A stretch of 61,341 bases of DNA, filler included. It is 3 parts of 3 records of this genome, joined end to end, with 100 filler letters (N's around TTAATTAATTAA, not from the genome) between each part and the next. Parts side by side here need not be neighbours in the genome. Positions count along the whole stretch, not along the records: positions 30,622 to 61,341 come from SRR20825006_577; 2 more parts are not named here. One strand, given 5' to 3'. The notes under the pieces are model-generated. The model ran no database searches and was not told the origin of the DNA. It saw only the letters and a list, made by a program, of their open reading frames with translations. Every line of letters begins with the position of its first letter. Position 1 is the stretch's first letter. This document shows positions 46,469-57,006 of this stretch, piece by piece. Both the position numbers and the translations under genes were made by a program.

Positions 46469-49231
46469 ATGTCGGACGTGGTGAAGTTTGTACTGGACGG
46501 ACAAGAGGTTGAGGCCGAGGCGGGTCTGACCATCTGGGAAGTGGCCAATGGCCGCGGTCTGGTCATCCCGCATCTGTGTCACAAACCCGCCCCCGGCTAT
46601 CGCCCCGACGGCAACTGTCGCGCCTGCATGGTTGAAATCGAGGGCGAGCGGACCCTGGCCGCGTCCTGCATCCGCGAACCCAGCGAGGGCATGGTTGTCA
46701 CCACCAATTCCGCACGCGCCGAAACCGCGCGCAGGATGGTGGTCGAGATGCTGGTGACCGACCAGCCGGCACAGGACGTCGCCCACGACAAATCCGCCCA
46801 CCTGTGGGACATGGCCGCGCTGAACGGTGTGACCCACAGCCGTTTCCCCAAGCTGGAGGAAGGCCGCATTCCGCTGCTGGACGACAGCCATGTCGCGATG
46901 CGCGTGAACCTGGATGCCTGTATCCAATGCGGGCTGTGCGTGCGGGCCTGCCGAGAAGTGCAGGTGAACGACGTGATCGGCATGGCCGGGCGCGGGCATG
47001 ATGCCTATCCGGTCTTTGATATGGCCGACCCGATGGGCGACAGCACCTGTGTGGCCTGCGGCGAATGTGTGCAGGCCTGCCCGACGGGGGCGTTGATGCC
47101 TGCCACGGTCGTGGACGCGGATCAGGTAGGCGACAGCGCGGATTTTGACTCCGAGGTTGACAGCATCTGCCCCTTCTGCGGCGTCGGCTGCCAGATCAGC
47201 CTGAAGGTCAAGGACGGCAAGGTGAAATACGTCGAGGGCATCAACGGCCCCGCGAACGAAGGCCGCCTGTGTGTCAAGGGACGCTTTGGCTTTGACTATA
47301 TCCACCACGATCACCGCCTGACCAAACCGCTGATCCGCCGCGACGATGCGCCTGCCAAGGGGCTGAACGTGGACCCCGCCAACTGGCAGACCCATTTCCG
47401 CGAGGCGTCATGGGACGAGGCGCTGGATTTTGCCGCCGCCGGCATGAAGGGGCGGGGCCGCGAGGTTGCGGGTTTCGGCAGTGCGAAATGCACCAATGAA
47501 GAGGCCTACCTGTTCCAGAAGATGATCCGTCAGGGCTTTGGTCACAACAACGTCGATCACTGCACGCGGCTGTGCCATGCGTCGTCGGTGGCGGCGTTGA
47601 TGGAGAACGTGGGCAGCGGTGCCGTTACGGCCACCTTCAACGAGATCGAGAACGCCGATGTGGCCATTGTCATCGGGGCCAACCCGATTGAAAACCACCC
47701 CGTTGCGGCGACCTATTTCAAACAGTTCACCAAACGCGGCGGCAAGCTGATCGTGATGGACCCGCGCGGGCAAGCGTTGAAACGCTTTGCCAGCCACATG
47801 CTGCAATTCCGTCCCGGCGCGGATGTGTCGATGCTGAACGCGATCATGCACACGATTGTCGAGGAAGGGCTGTACGACCAGCAATACATCGACGCCTATA
47901 CCGAGAACTGGGAGGCCGAAAAGGCGCACCTGAAGGATTTCAGCCCCGAGAAGATGGCGCCGATGTGCGGCATCGACGCCGAAGTGCTGCGCGATGTGGC
48001 GCGGACCTTTGCCGGTGCCAAGGCCGCGATGATTTTCTGGGGCATGGGGGTGTCGCAACACATTCACGGCACCGACAACAGCCGCTGCCTGATCTCGCTG
48101 GCGCTGATGACGGGACAGGTGGGGCGGCCCGGGTCGGGGCTGCACCCGCTGCGGGGCCAGAACAACGTGCAGGGCGCGTCGGATGCCGGGCTGATCCCGA
48201 TGTTCCTGCCCGATTATCTGGACGTCACCGACGAAGGCGTGCGCCGTGCCTTTACCGAGGTTTGGGGCACGGAGGATTTCTCGGCCGAAAAGGGCCTGAC
48301 CGTGACCGAGATCATGGACGCGGTGCACGCGGGCGACATCAAGGCGATGTATGTGCTGGGTGAAAACCCCGCCATGTCCGACCCCGACGTGGAACACGCC
48401 CGCGATGCGCTGGCCAAGCTGGACCATCTGGTGGTGCAGGATATTTTCATCACCGAAACCGCGAACTATGCCGACGTGATCCTGCCGGCATCGGCCTTTG
48501 CCGAGAAGACGGGGACTGTGACCAACACCAACCGTCAGGTGCAGATGGGCCGCGCGGCTGTCGCCCCGCCGGGCGAGGCGCGCGAGGACTGGTGGATCGA
48601 GGTCGAACTGGCCAAGCGGTTGGGGCTGGGCTGGACCTATACCAACCCTTCCGAGGTCTTTGCCGAGATGGCGCTGAACATGCCGTCGCTGGACAACATT
48701 ACCTGGGACCGGCTTGAGACACAGAACGTCGTGACCTATCCGTCGCTGTCACCCGAAGACCCGGGGCAGGCCATCGTCTTTGGCGACGGGTTCCCGCGCA
48801 AGGACGGGCGGGCGAAGTTTACCCCAGCGGCGGTGATCGCGCCCGATGATGTGCCGGATGCGGAATATCCGATGATCCTGACCACGGGTCGGCAGTTGGA
48901 GCATTGGCACACCGGGTCGATGACCCGCCGCGCCACGGTTCTGGACGGGATCGAGCCCGAGGCAAACTGTTCGCTGCATCCATCGACCCTGCGCAAGCTG
49001 GGTGTGGCAGCGGGCGGGCACGTGCGGCTGACTACCAAGCGGGGCAGCATCACGGTTATGGCGCGCGAGGATCGCGCCGTTGCGCCGGATATGGTGTTCC
49101 TGCCCTTCGCCTATGTCGAGGCGGCGGCGAACATCCTGACTAATCCGGCGGTGGACCCATACGGCAAGATCCCCGAGTTCAAATTCTCTGCCGTAAGGGT
49201 CGAGGCGGCGGAGGCTGTGGCAGCCGAATAG
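46469..49231 (+). CDS. fdhF: Formate dehydrogenase alpha subunit (Mo/W-bis-PGD, cysteine type)
   Basis: GGAGG RBS and ATG 46469; 2Fe-2S and 4Fe-4S Cys motifs, CPFCGVGC, CTRLCHASS, LRGQNNVQG and TTGRQLEHWHTG. Confidence 0.95.
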   Translation: MSDVVKFVLDGQEVEAEAGLTIWEVANGRGLVIPHLCHKPAPGYRPDGNCRACMVEIEGERTLAASCIREPSEGMVVTTNSARAETARRMVVEMLVTDQPAQDVAHDKSAHLWDMAALNGVTHSRFPKLEEGRIPLLDDSHVAMRVNLDACIQCGLCVRACREVQVNDVIGMAGRGHDAYPVFDMADPMGDSTCVACGECVQACPTGALMPATVVDADQVGDSADFDSEVDSICPFCGVGCQISLKVKDGKVKYVEGINGPANEGRLCVKGRFGFDYIHHDHRLTKPLIRRDDAPAKGLNVDPANWQTHFREASWDEALDFAAAGMKGRGREVAGFGSAKCTNEEAYLFQKMIRQGFGHNNVDHCTRLCHASSVAALMENVGSGAVTATFNEIENADVAIVIGANPIENHPVAATYFKQFTKRGGKLIVMDPRGQALKRFASHMLQFRPGADVSMLNAIMHTIVEEGLYDQQYIDAYTENWEAEKAHLKDFSPEKMAPMCGIDAEVLRDVARTFAGAKAAMIFWGMGVSQHIHGTDNSRCLISLALMTGQVGRPGSGLHPLRGQNNVQGASDAGLIPMFLPDYLDVTDEGVRRAFTEVWGTEDFSAEKGLTVTEIMDAVHAGDIKAMYVLGENPAMSDPDVEHARDALAKLDHLVVQDIFITETANYADVILPASAFAEKTGTVTNTNRQVQMGRAAVAPPGEAREDWWIEVELAKRLGLGWTYTNPSEVFAEMALNMPSLDNITWDRLETQNVVTYPSLSPEDPGQAIVFGDGFPRKDGRAKFTPAAVIAPDDVPDAEYPMILTTGRQLEHWHTGSMTRRATVLDGIEPEANCSLHPSTLRKLGVAAGGHVRLTTKRGSITVMAREDRAVAPDMVFLPFAYVEAAANILTNPAVDPYGKIPEFKFSAVRVEAAEAVAAE

Positions 49232-49243
49232 GCGGCGGCGGGG

Positions 49244-50407
49244 TCAGGCGTATTTGTCGATCAGGTAAAGCGCGACCATAACAACAGCGGTTAATGTGAA
49301 ACCACCTAGCTTGCGGAATTCGGGGCTTGTGATCAGCTTGGCCGTTGTTGCGGGAAAGGCCCAAAGCGCCAGCCGCATCGCGGGGAGGTTCAGCCTTAGG
49401 AGGCTGGCTAGTTTGACGATGATCGCCACACTCAGAATGGTCAGCACTCGGACAAACATGAAAAGAACAGCGAGCGCGACAAGAATAGCGAAGTAGGCAA
49501 AAGCGCCCTCCACTTCCTGGATTGAAATGGTCAGCAGGCACAGCACAGCGAAAACGCTGATCTTGTGCCAGACATACGATTTATTGTCTTTCGCATGCGT
49601 TGCGAGGTGCGGTTTGCTAGACTGCGGCACAGACCGCGCGTGGCCATACATCAGCAGTTGATAATCGGGTCGCCATCCCAGCCGTTTGCTGGCGCCGACG
49701 CCGTCGGTGGCCCATTGGAAATGGGTTTCGACCACGCGGGCCATTTCGGTGGGATAGCCGGTTTCGGGATCGTTCAGTCGGGTCTGCAGCGTGTCGTAAA
49801 GATGTGCCTCAAGCGAGCGGCGCAGGGTCAGGTCATGAGCCATGTCCAAAGACAACAAAGCATCCAGCGTCTTGGTGTCCCAATGCATGGGGCGCAGCGC
49901 TTCGTCGATTTTCGTTTGGAATATCGACTGTGCTCTGGCCGGGTCGTCTTGCGCCAGTGCGTCGATTTGACCGATGCCAACCCCCCACGGCTGCGCGGGT
50001 TTGGGGGCAGGTGCCTTGGGTGGTTCGGGCGTGTCTGCGAACAGCTCTTCGACAATGGGGGGGTGCCCTGTGCCGTCGGTCTGTGGCGGTTCGGGTTCCG
50101 GCTTGCTTTCACGCGGTGCCTCGGCGGCCGTGTCCGCAGGCCACACAGGTTCGCGCAGCGGCACCGGCACGGCGTCGTCCAGCCCTGTGCGTCCTTCCAC
50201 AATGTCAGCCATGCGCGGGCGCTTGGGGGCAGCCTTGTCTTTCAGCGCACCGTTCTTTGCTGCTGAAAAGGCATCGCGCAGCGCACCAAAAGCTGCAGGA
50301 TCATTGCGGTCAATCTGTTTCAGCCGCGCGGCATAGGCGCGTTTGACCTCGCGTTCGGTCGCGCGTTTCTCAAGGCCCAGTTCGGACCACGGCCACCTAG
50401 GAGACAT
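49244..50407 (-). CDS. J-domain-like membrane protein (DjlB/DjlC-like partner of HscC) lacking HPD
   Basis: PWSELGLEKRATEREVKRAYAARLKQIDRNDPAAFGALRDAFSAA; Pro-rich linker; C-terminal TMs; overlaps hscC stop. Confidence 0.75.
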   Translation of the reverse strand: MSPRWPWSELGLEKRATEREVKRAYAARLKQIDRNDPAAFGALRDAFSAAKNGALKDKAAPKRPRMADIVEGRTGLDDAVPVPLREPVWPADTAAEAPRESKPEPEPPQTDGTGHPPIVEELFADTPEPPKAPAPKPAQPWGVGIGQIDALAQDDPARAQSIFQTKIDEALRPMHWDTKTLDALLSLDMAHDLTLRRSLEAHLYDTLQTRLNDPETGYPTEMARVVETHFQWATDGVGASKRLGWRPDYQLLMYGHARSVPQSSKPHLATHAKDNKSYVWHKISVFAVLCLLTISIQEVEGAFAYFAILVALAVLFMFVRVLTILSVAIIVKLASLLRLNLPAMRLALWAFPATTAKLITSPEFRKLGGFTLTAVVMVALYLIDKYA

Positions 50408-52100
50408 AGTAATCGTCGATCCGGTCCAGCGTTTCGCCCATGTCACCGCGCATTCGCGAAATCTCGGCGGGGTCCTGCCCTTCGAGCGCGCCTTCGAATT
50501 CCATCAACATGCCTTGCAGCAGGTGCCGGTCGTCGCCGCTGGCCATTTCGTACAGCCGCCGGATACGGGCCAGAAAGGCGGTGTTTTCCTCGTCCTCGCG
50601 CGGGTGCATCTTGAACGTCTGCATTTGTTCCAGCCGTTTGGCGATGTCGGCCTCGGTCAGGTTCGACACGTTGTCGCGGATCACCAGCCCCGCTTTTTTG
50701 CCGGTGCTGATCGACGTTGCCTCGACCTCGATCAGGCCGGAGGGATCATAGGTGATGCGTACGAACATGCCCTCGTGGCCGGCCTTGCCCTTTGGCACGT
50801 CCAGATTGAACTGGCCCAGATGCACGTTGTCGCTGACCTTGGGGGCCTCGCCCTGATAGATGTCGACGCGCAGTTGGGTCTGGTTGTCGTCCATCGTTGA
50901 AAAGCTGCTTTGCCGCGACGCGGGCAGGGGTGTGTTGCGTTCGATGATCGGTTGGAAGAAGCCGCCTATGACGGTGCCGTTCTTCAGCTTGGTTGCGGTT
51001 TCGATGCCGACGGAAAAGGGCGAGACATCTGTCATCACCACGTCGTCCAGCGCGCGGTCCTCGGCAACCAGCGCCGCCTGTACCGCTGCCCCCAGCGCCA
51101 CCGCATGATCGGGGTCGATGGTCATTTCCGGCAGCCGCTTGAACTGGCGGGCAACCATCTGGCGGATCATCGGCATACGGGTGGCACCGCCCACCAGAAT
51201 GACGCGATCCAGCGCGTCGGTATCAAGGCCGGTGTCGTAAAAACACCGCTCGATCGGGCGGTGCAGGCGTTTGATCAGCGGGGCGCAGGCGGTCTCGAAA
51301 TCGGCGCGGCTGAGGCTGAGGGTGTGATGCGCGCCGTCAAGTTTCAGGCGGGCTTCGAAGTCGTCCTTGCCGCTCAGATGCCGCTTGGCCACATCGGCTT
51401 GCAAGCGCAGCTGTTGCTGGTTGTCCTTGCTCAACTTGGCCCACGGGGTTCCGATCTGGTCGGCCATCGCCTTGGCCAATGCTTCCGAGAAATCCTCGCC
51501 GCCCAGAAAGGCATCTCCGGAAGAGGCTTTGACTTCCATCACGCCGTCGAAATGTTCCAGCACGGTCACGTCAAAGGTGCCGCCGCCAAGGTCGAAAACC
51601 AGAAACTGACTTTCGCCATCGCGGTCCTGCAAGCCGTAAGCCAGCGCCGCAGCCGTGGGTTCATTCACCAGCCGGACCGCGTTCAGGTCGGCCATGGCGC
51701 AGGCGGCCATGGTGGCCTGACGCTGGCCTTGGTTGAAATAGGCAGGCACGGACACGACCACATCGCGGATGGTCTGGCCAAGGGCCGCCTCGGCGTCGTC
51801 CTTGAGCTTGCGCAGCACCAGCGAGGACAGTTCCTCGGCCCGCAATTTCTTGCGGCCCAGTTGAAATGTCGTGTCCGTCCCCATGGCGCGTTTGAACGCG
51901 GCTGCGGTGTCCTTGGGGTGGGTGGTCTGACGGTCGCGCGCGGCCTCGCCCACCAGCACTTTGTCGCCCTCAAGAGATACGACAGAAGGCGTCAGGCTGT
52001 GGCCCAACGCATTGGCCAGCAGGCGCGGCGCGCCGTCTTCGAACACGGCAATCAACGAGTTGGTGGTGCCAAGATCAATACCGATAATGGGCTGGGCCAT
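50397..52100 (-). CDS. hscC: Hsp70-family chaperone HscC (Hsc62)
   Basis: [31 protein letters not shown] and LVGGATRMP; short C-terminus with HPR typical of HscC. Confidence 0.88.
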   Translation of the reverse strand: MAQPIIGIDLGTTNSLIAVFEDGAPRLLANALGHSLTPSVVSLEGDKVLVGEAARDRQTTHPKDTAAAFKRAMGTDTTFQLGRKKLRAEELSSLVLRKLKDDAEAALGQTIRDVVVSVPAYFNQGQRQATMAACAMADLNAVRLVNEPTAAALAYGLQDRDGESQFLVFDLGGGTFDVTVLEHFDGVMEVKASSGDAFLGGEDFSEALAKAMADQIGTPWAKLSKDNQQQLRLQADVAKRHLSGKDDFEARLKLDGAHHTLSLSRADFETACAPLIKRLHRPIERCFYDTGLDTDALDRVILVGGATRMPMIRQMVARQFKRLPEMTIDPDHAVALGAAVQAALVAEDRALDDVVMTDVSPFSVGIETATKLKNGTVIGGFFQPIIERNTPLPASRQSSFSTMDDNQTQLRVDIYQGEAPKVSDNVHLGQFNLDVPKGKAGHEGMFVRITYDPSGLIEVEATSISTGKKAGLVIRDNVSNLTEADIAKRLEQMQTFKMHPREDEENTAFLARIRRLYEMASGDDRHLLQGMLMEFEGALEGQDPAEISRMRGDMGETLDRIDDYYVS

Positions 52101-52179
52101 GGACTTATTACCTTGTGGCAGGGCATGTGCCCACGTTATTTCGTGGGCAAGGGCGGTGGTCAACCGCGAGGGGATGAAT

Positions 52180-53364
52180 ATGCAGGTAGACGGTCAGCGG
52201 TTTCTGAAAGATTTGCACGCATTGCGCCGTTTTGGCGCGCAAGGGGTGGGCGTGGTGCGGCCTGCCTATTCCGAACCGGATGTTGCGGCGCGTGCGTGGC
52301 TGGCCGATCAGATGCGCGATGCAGGCTTGCGGGTCGAGATGGACGCGATGGGCAATCTCTTCGGGCTGGCCGATGGACCGTCGATCCTGTTGGGATCACA
52401 CAGCGACAGCCAGCCGACGGGCGGCTGGCTGGATGGTGCGCTGGGCGTGATCGCTGCGTTGGAAATTGCCCGCGTGGCGGGTGGCGGGGTGTCCGTGGTG
52501 TCGTTTCAGGACGAAGAGGGACGGTTCGGCGTGACCACGGGCAGCGCGGTGTGGTCGTGCAACCTTGCACAGGACAAGGCGGACGAGCTGGAGGATCACG
52601 CAGGCCTATCGCTGGCCGAGGCGCGGCAGGCCATGGCGGAGATGGTCACCGGCCCCGTCGATCCGGCGCAGTTCACCGGATATATCGAGATGCACATCGA
52701 GCAGGGGCCCTATCTGGAGGCCAACAACGAACAGATCGGCGTGGTGGAACATATCGTGGGCATCCGCGATATGGGCATCACGATGACCGGCCAGCAGAAC
52801 CATGCGGGCACCACGCCCATGCACCTGCGTCAGGATGCGTTCCAGGCGCTGAGTGCGTTCAACACCGCGCTGAACGACCGGCTGCGCAATGTGGTGACGC
52901 CCAGCACGGTCTGGACCATCGGCCATGTGTCGCTGTCACCTAATGCGTCGTCTATCGTGCCCGGACAGGTACGGTTTTCGATGCAGTGGCGGGATGGTGA
53001 GAGCGACCGGCTGGTGCGGATGGAGAAGATCATTCGCGACCTGGCCGAAGAGATCGCGGCAGCGCGGAACATGAAGCTGTCCTTCGGGCCGATGCTGGGG
53101 CTGGAGCCGGTGCAGATGGATGCCCGCCTGCGTGGCGCGCTGGAGGCTGCGGCCGAGGCGGAAGCGCCGGGCAAGTGGCGCATCATGCCCTCGGGCGCGT
53201 TGCACGATGCCACCAACGTGTCACAGCTGATGCCGGTGGCGATGCTGTTCGTGCCGTCGATTGGCGGGATCAGCCATGCCTTCGAAGAGGACACCGCCGA
53301 GGAGGACCTGGTGGCGGGGCTGCGCGTGATGGCGCGGGCCGTGGAGCAGGTGCAGGCGGGCTAA
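52180..53364 (+). CDS. M20 Zn-dependent hydantoinase/carbamoylase-family amidohydrolase
   Basis: [46 protein letters not shown] and GISH. Confidence 0.92.
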   Translation: MQVDGQRFLKDLHALRRFGAQGVGVVRPAYSEPDVAARAWLADQMRDAGLRVEMDAMGNLFGLADGPSILLGSHSDSQPTGGWLDGALGVIAALEIARVAGGGVSVVSFQDEEGRFGVTTGSAVWSCNLAQDKADELEDHAGLSLAEARQAMAEMVTGPVDPAQFTGYIEMHIEQGPYLEANNEQIGVVEHIVGIRDMGITMTGQQNHAGTTPMHLRQDAFQALSAFNTALNDRLRNVVTPSTVWTIGHVSLSPNASSIVPGQVRFSMQWRDGESDRLVRMEKIIRDLAEEIAAARNMKLSFGPMLGLEPVQMDARLRGALEAAAEAEAPGKWRIMPSGALHDATNVSQLMPVAMLFVPSIGGISHAFEEDTAEEDLVAGLRVMARAVEQVQAG

Positions 53365-53424
53365 GGGGCGCTGCCCCTCGGCCTACGGCCTCACCCCGGA
53401 GTTTGTTTGGCAAGATGAAGGGGG
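53364..53424 (+). repeat. Intergenic repeat family A, full copy
   Basis: AGGGGC-GCT-GCCCCT and GGCC-TAC-GGCC hairpins followed by the tail shared with 30622-30650. Confidence 0.8.
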
Positions 53425-53651
53425 ACGGTGTCGCGTATGTATCCGCGTTGCAGGGCGCGCTGGCGGTAAGTATCGGCCACCTGAGAGGCCGCGCGCAGGT
53501 CGGTGTGGCACGAGGTGATCGTACGCGGCGTGCCGCCGACAGCGCCCCATTCGCGGGTTACGGATGCTTCCTCGAACAGGTTGCGCGAAATTTCGACGCG
53601 GTAGAACAGCGGGCGGGCCTTGCCGGTGCGGTAAAGAAGGGCTTGCAGCAT
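53391..53651 (-). CDS. Small WGR-domain-like protein
   Basis: FYRVEISRNLFEEASVTREWGAVGG...RGY; starts 2 nt after the regulator stop. Confidence 0.7.
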   Translation of the reverse strand: MLQALLYRTGKARPLFYRVEISRNLFEEASVTREWGAVGGTPRTITSCHTDLRAASQVADTYRQRALQRGYIRDTVPLHLAKQTPG

Positions 53652-53653
53652 CG

Positions 53654-54364
53654 TCAGCTCCAGTGAACGTCACCGAGAAAGATATAACCTGCGCCGTAGA
53701 TTGTCTTGATCAATTGTGGATTTTTCGGATCTTCGCGCAGTTTTGTGCGCAGCCGCGAGATACGCACGTCCATGGCCCGGTCAAAGCTTTCTCCGGCACC
53801 GCCGCCCAGAGATTCCTGCATTTGCGCCCGCGAGATCAGGCGGCGGGGGCTGGACAGGAACAGCCGCAGCACTTCGCCCTCGGCGTGCGAGAACGTGGTC
53901 TCCGCGCCCGCATCGTCGACCAGCGTGTAGCGGTCGAACAGGGCCGTCCAGCCCTGAAAGCGCGCGGTGTTGCCGCTGTGGGTGGGCTGATGGTTCGACC
54001 GCAGGCGGGCGCGCACGCGGGCGACGACCTCGGCGGGGTCGAAGGGTTTGATGATGTAATCGTCGGCCCCAAGTTCCAGCCCCGTGACCTTGTCCTGCAC
54101 CTGGGCGCGGCCCGAGATGATGATGACCGTCGCCCCTTGTTCCAACGCCAGGCGGTGCACGATGGTCAGCCCGTCGGTGTCGGGCAGGCCCAAATCGACA
54201 AGGCACACGTCGGGCTGATGGGTTTTCAGAGCCGCCTCGAAGGCCGAGGCGCGCGCAAAGCTGAGGGTTCGAAAGCCCGCCTCTTCCAGAGCGTCAGCCA
54301 GCATGGTGCGGATGGCGGGTTCGTCATCCAGAATTGTGACAAGGGGGCTGTCGGATTTGGTCAT
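53654..54364 (-). CDS. OmpR-family response regulator
   Basis: LDDE, VDLGLP, GADDYIIKPF, RAMDVRISRLRTKL and KTIYGAGY. Confidence 0.95.
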   Translation of the reverse strand: MTKSDSPLVTILDDEPAIRTMLADALEEAGFRTLSFARASAFEAALKTHQPDVCLVDLGLPDTDGLTIVHRLALEQGATVIIISGRAQVQDKVTGLELGADDYIIKPFDPAEVVARVRARLRSNHQPTHSGNTARFQGWTALFDRYTLVDDAGAETTFSHAEGEVLRLFLSSPRRLISRAQMQESLGGGAGESFDRAMDVRISRLRTKLREDPKNPQLIKTIYGAGYIFLGDVHWS

Positions 54365-56262
54365 TGGGCGGCCTGCGGCATTAAGAGCGCGGCAAGATCG
54401 TCCGCAGAAAAGGGTTTTTGCAGCACCGGCGCGCGCATCAGTGCCGCGCGGTGCGTCGGATCCGTGACGGGCAACGAGGTCATCAGGATGATCGGTGTGC
54501 CTGCGTCTTTGAGCCGGTCCGCCAGATCTATCCCCGAGGCAGCGCCGAGCCGGATATCGCTGAGGATCAGGCCGATGTCGGGCAGGTCAGCGGTCAGCGC
54601 GGTGGCTTCATCGACACTTGCGGCCTCGACGACGGAATGGCCCAGCCCCATGAGCATATCACGATAGAGCGCACGCAGGTCATCGCGGTCCTCGACCAGC
54701 AGGACCATGCCGCCCGTGACAGGCGCAGGGCGGTTCAGCGGCAGACGCAGGCGCACTTCGGCGCCGGTGAGGGTATTTCTGAGCCCAAGATGCCCGCCTG
54801 CGGTCTTGGTCATGTCATAGACCATCGGCAGCCCCAGCCCCGAGCCTTCGCCGCCCTTCGTGGTGAAAAACGGATCGCAGGCCTTGTGCAGGGCTTCGTC
54901 CGAAAAGCCGGGTCCGGTGTCGGTTACGGTGAATTCCACCCAGGTCTCGCCAATCGCGGCGGCAGTCAGGGTGATCGTACCCTTGGCCCCGCAGGCGTCG
55001 CGGGCGTTCAGGATCAGGTTCAGCAGACTGTCCTGTACGATGCCGGTGTCCAGCAAGAGTGGTCCCGGTGGCAGGGTGCAATCGACACGCAGGGTTTGTC
55101 CCGCAGGCAATGTGGGCGAGGCCAATGTGGCCACGTCTGCAAGCAATCCCGCGACTTCGACGGGGCCGGGACGCAGCACGCGGGCGGCGGTGGCGTTGGC
55201 GATCCCGTCCAGCAGGTGCCCGCCACGACGCGCGGCGGCGCGGGTGCCTTCGATCAGGGGGGCGGCCCCCTCGGGCAGGTCGTCCATCCGCTCGAGCTTG
55301 CTTTGCAGACCCAGGATAATCGTCAGCAGGTTCGAGAAATCATGCGCCAGACCGGATGTCATCTGCGCCGCAAGCGCCCGCTTGCGGTTTTGTTGCAGGG
55401 CGACGCGGGCCTGGGTTTCCTCGGTCACGTCCATGGACAGGATATAGGCCCCCTGCGCCGTGTCTGGGGTAAAGGCCGCGCGGATGCGGCGGGCGCTGGG
55501 GCCGTCGGTGAACTCGAACACGGACGGGCGGCCTTCGTATGCGGCCTGAAGATGCGGCGCGATCAGTGCGTAATTGGTAGGCCCCAGCGCATCAGAGATA
55601 TGCAGGCCCATCAGGTCGCTGGGCCGGTCGGGCAGGATGCTGGAGAGGCGGCGGTTGGTATAGGTGTAGTGGCCGGTTTCATCGACGTGGGCGATATGCG
55701 CAGGCATCATTTCGGTCACCAGCCGGGTGCGCGCTTCCATCTCGGTCAGCTCGCGCTTGGCCTCTTCCAGTGCGGCGACAGTGGCGGACAGCTGGCGGTT
55801 TGTCGCGGCCAGTTCTTCCGAGCGGGACAGGACCATATCCGACAGCGCATCGGACCGTGCGCGCAGCATGTGTTCCTGATCCTTGGTGCGGGTGATGTCG
55901 GTATAGACCGTGACCCAGCCGCCCTGCGGCAGCGGTGCCCCCTCGACCGAGATCGTGCGCCCGTTGGCGCGGGTGCGCTCCATGTAATGCGGCTCGAACG
56001 CGCGGGCGGTGCTGACGCGCTCGGCGACAAAAGCTTCGATGTCATCGATGGGGCCGTATTCGCCCTGTGTGGCGATGTGGCGGATGGTGTCCTCGAAGGT
56101 GGCACCGGGCTGCACCAGCGCGTCGGGCAGCCGGAACATCTGTTGAAAGGCCACGTTGCAGACCGACAGTCGCAGGTCGCTGTCATAGATCGACAGCGCC
56201 TGGGCGATCAGGTTCAGCCCGGCGGTGGTCAGCGCCCTGTTCTGGTCGTCATTTCTTGGCAC
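54361..56262 (-). CDS. Cytoplasmic PAS-PAS hybrid histidine kinase
   Basis: GGAGG RBS and GTG 56262; two PAS domains; AHDFSNLL, NLILNARDA, DPFFTTK, GSGLGL and REC. Confidence 0.92.
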   Translation of the reverse strand: MPRNDDQNRALTTAGLNLIAQALSIYDSDLRLSVCNVAFQQMFRLPDALVQPGATFEDTIRHIATQGEYGPIDDIEAFVAERVSTARAFEPHYMERTRANGRTISVEGAPLPQGGWVTVYTDITRTKDQEHMLRARSDALSDMVLSRSEELAATNRQLSATVAALEEAKRELTEMEARTRLVTEMMPAHIAHVDETGHYTYTNRRLSSILPDRPSDLMGLHISDALGPTNYALIAPHLQAAYEGRPSVFEFTDGPSARRIRAAFTPDTAQGAYILSMDVTEETQARVALQQNRKRALAAQMTSGLAHDFSNLLTIILGLQSKLERMDDLPEGAAPLIEGTRAAARRGGHLLDGIANATAARVLRPGPVEVAGLLADVATLASPTLPAGQTLRVDCTLPPGPLLLDTGIVQDSLLNLILNARDACGAKGTITLTAAAIGETWVEFTVTDTGPGFSDEALHKACDPFFTTKGGEGSGLGLPMVYDMTKTAGGHLGLRNTLTGAEVRLRLPLNRPAPVTGGMVLLVEDRDDLRALYRDMLMGLGHSVVEAASVDEATALTADLPDIGLILSDIRLGAASGIDLADRLKDAGTPIILMTSLPVTDPTHRAALMRAPVLQKPFSADDLAALLMPQAAQ

Positions 56263-56355
56263 GTGGCGATCCTCCGCCGATGGGGGTAGCATCGCGGACC
56301 GCAATCGCAAAGGGGTGGTTTGCGCGGGTCCGCGAAGATGGGTACAGATTGCGCC

Positions 56356-57006
56356 ATGAGAACCCTTGCCGCAATCGCGTTGATCTGCACCGGCTCTGCC
56401 GCGCAGGCGCATCCGCACATCTTCATTGATGCGGGCCTGACTGCGATCGTGGACGAGACCGGCAGGTTGCAGGCGATCAAGGTCACCTGGGCCTATGATG
56501 CATTCTATTCCCTGCTGGTCACCGAGGACGCGGGACTGGACGCCGATGGCAACGCTGTCCTGACCAAGGAGGAAGAGGCGCAGTTGCGCGGCTTTGATAT
56601 GCAGTGGATCGAAGGGTACAACGGCGATCTGGTCGCACGGCTGGACGGACAGCCGCTGGAGCTGTCCGGGCCACGTGATGCCACGCTGATCATGCGCGAG
56701 GGGCGTCTGGTCACGACGCATGTCCGCGACGTGGTAGGGGCGCCGGAGCTGGTCGGGCACAGCTTGTCGATGAAACCCTATGACCCGACCTATTACACCT
56801 CTTACGATGTCACCCTGAATGTGAATGTTCAGGGGCTCGACGATTGTACCATCGCACGCAACCTGCCTGATCTGGATGCGGGGATGAAAGAGTTGCAGGG
56901 GGCGCTGTCCAAGCTGGGGCGTGATCAGGATGCCATCGAGGAAGGCTTTCCCGAAGTGGGCGAAGCCTTTGCCACCGAGGTTGAAATCACGTGCGCGCCC
57001 CGCTGA
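56356..57006 (+). CDS. DUF1007-family periplasmic protein
   Basis: Signal peptide ending AQA-HPHIFID; YDPTYY. Confidence 0.88.
   Translation: MRTLAAIALICTGSAAQAHPHIFIDAGLTAIVDETGRLQAIKVTWAYDAFYSLLVTEDAGLDADGNAVLTKEEEAQLRGFDMQWIEGYNGDLVARLDGQPLELSGPRDATLIMREGRLVTTHVRDVVGAPELVGHSLSMKPYDPTYYTSYDVTLNVNVQGLDDCTIARNLPDLDAGMKELQGALSKLGRDQDAIEEGFPEVGEAFATEVEITCAPR

Noticed and set aside
46469..49231. Selenocysteine recoding in FDH
   Set aside because: Active site reads RLCH with a Cys codon and the frame has no internal TGA.
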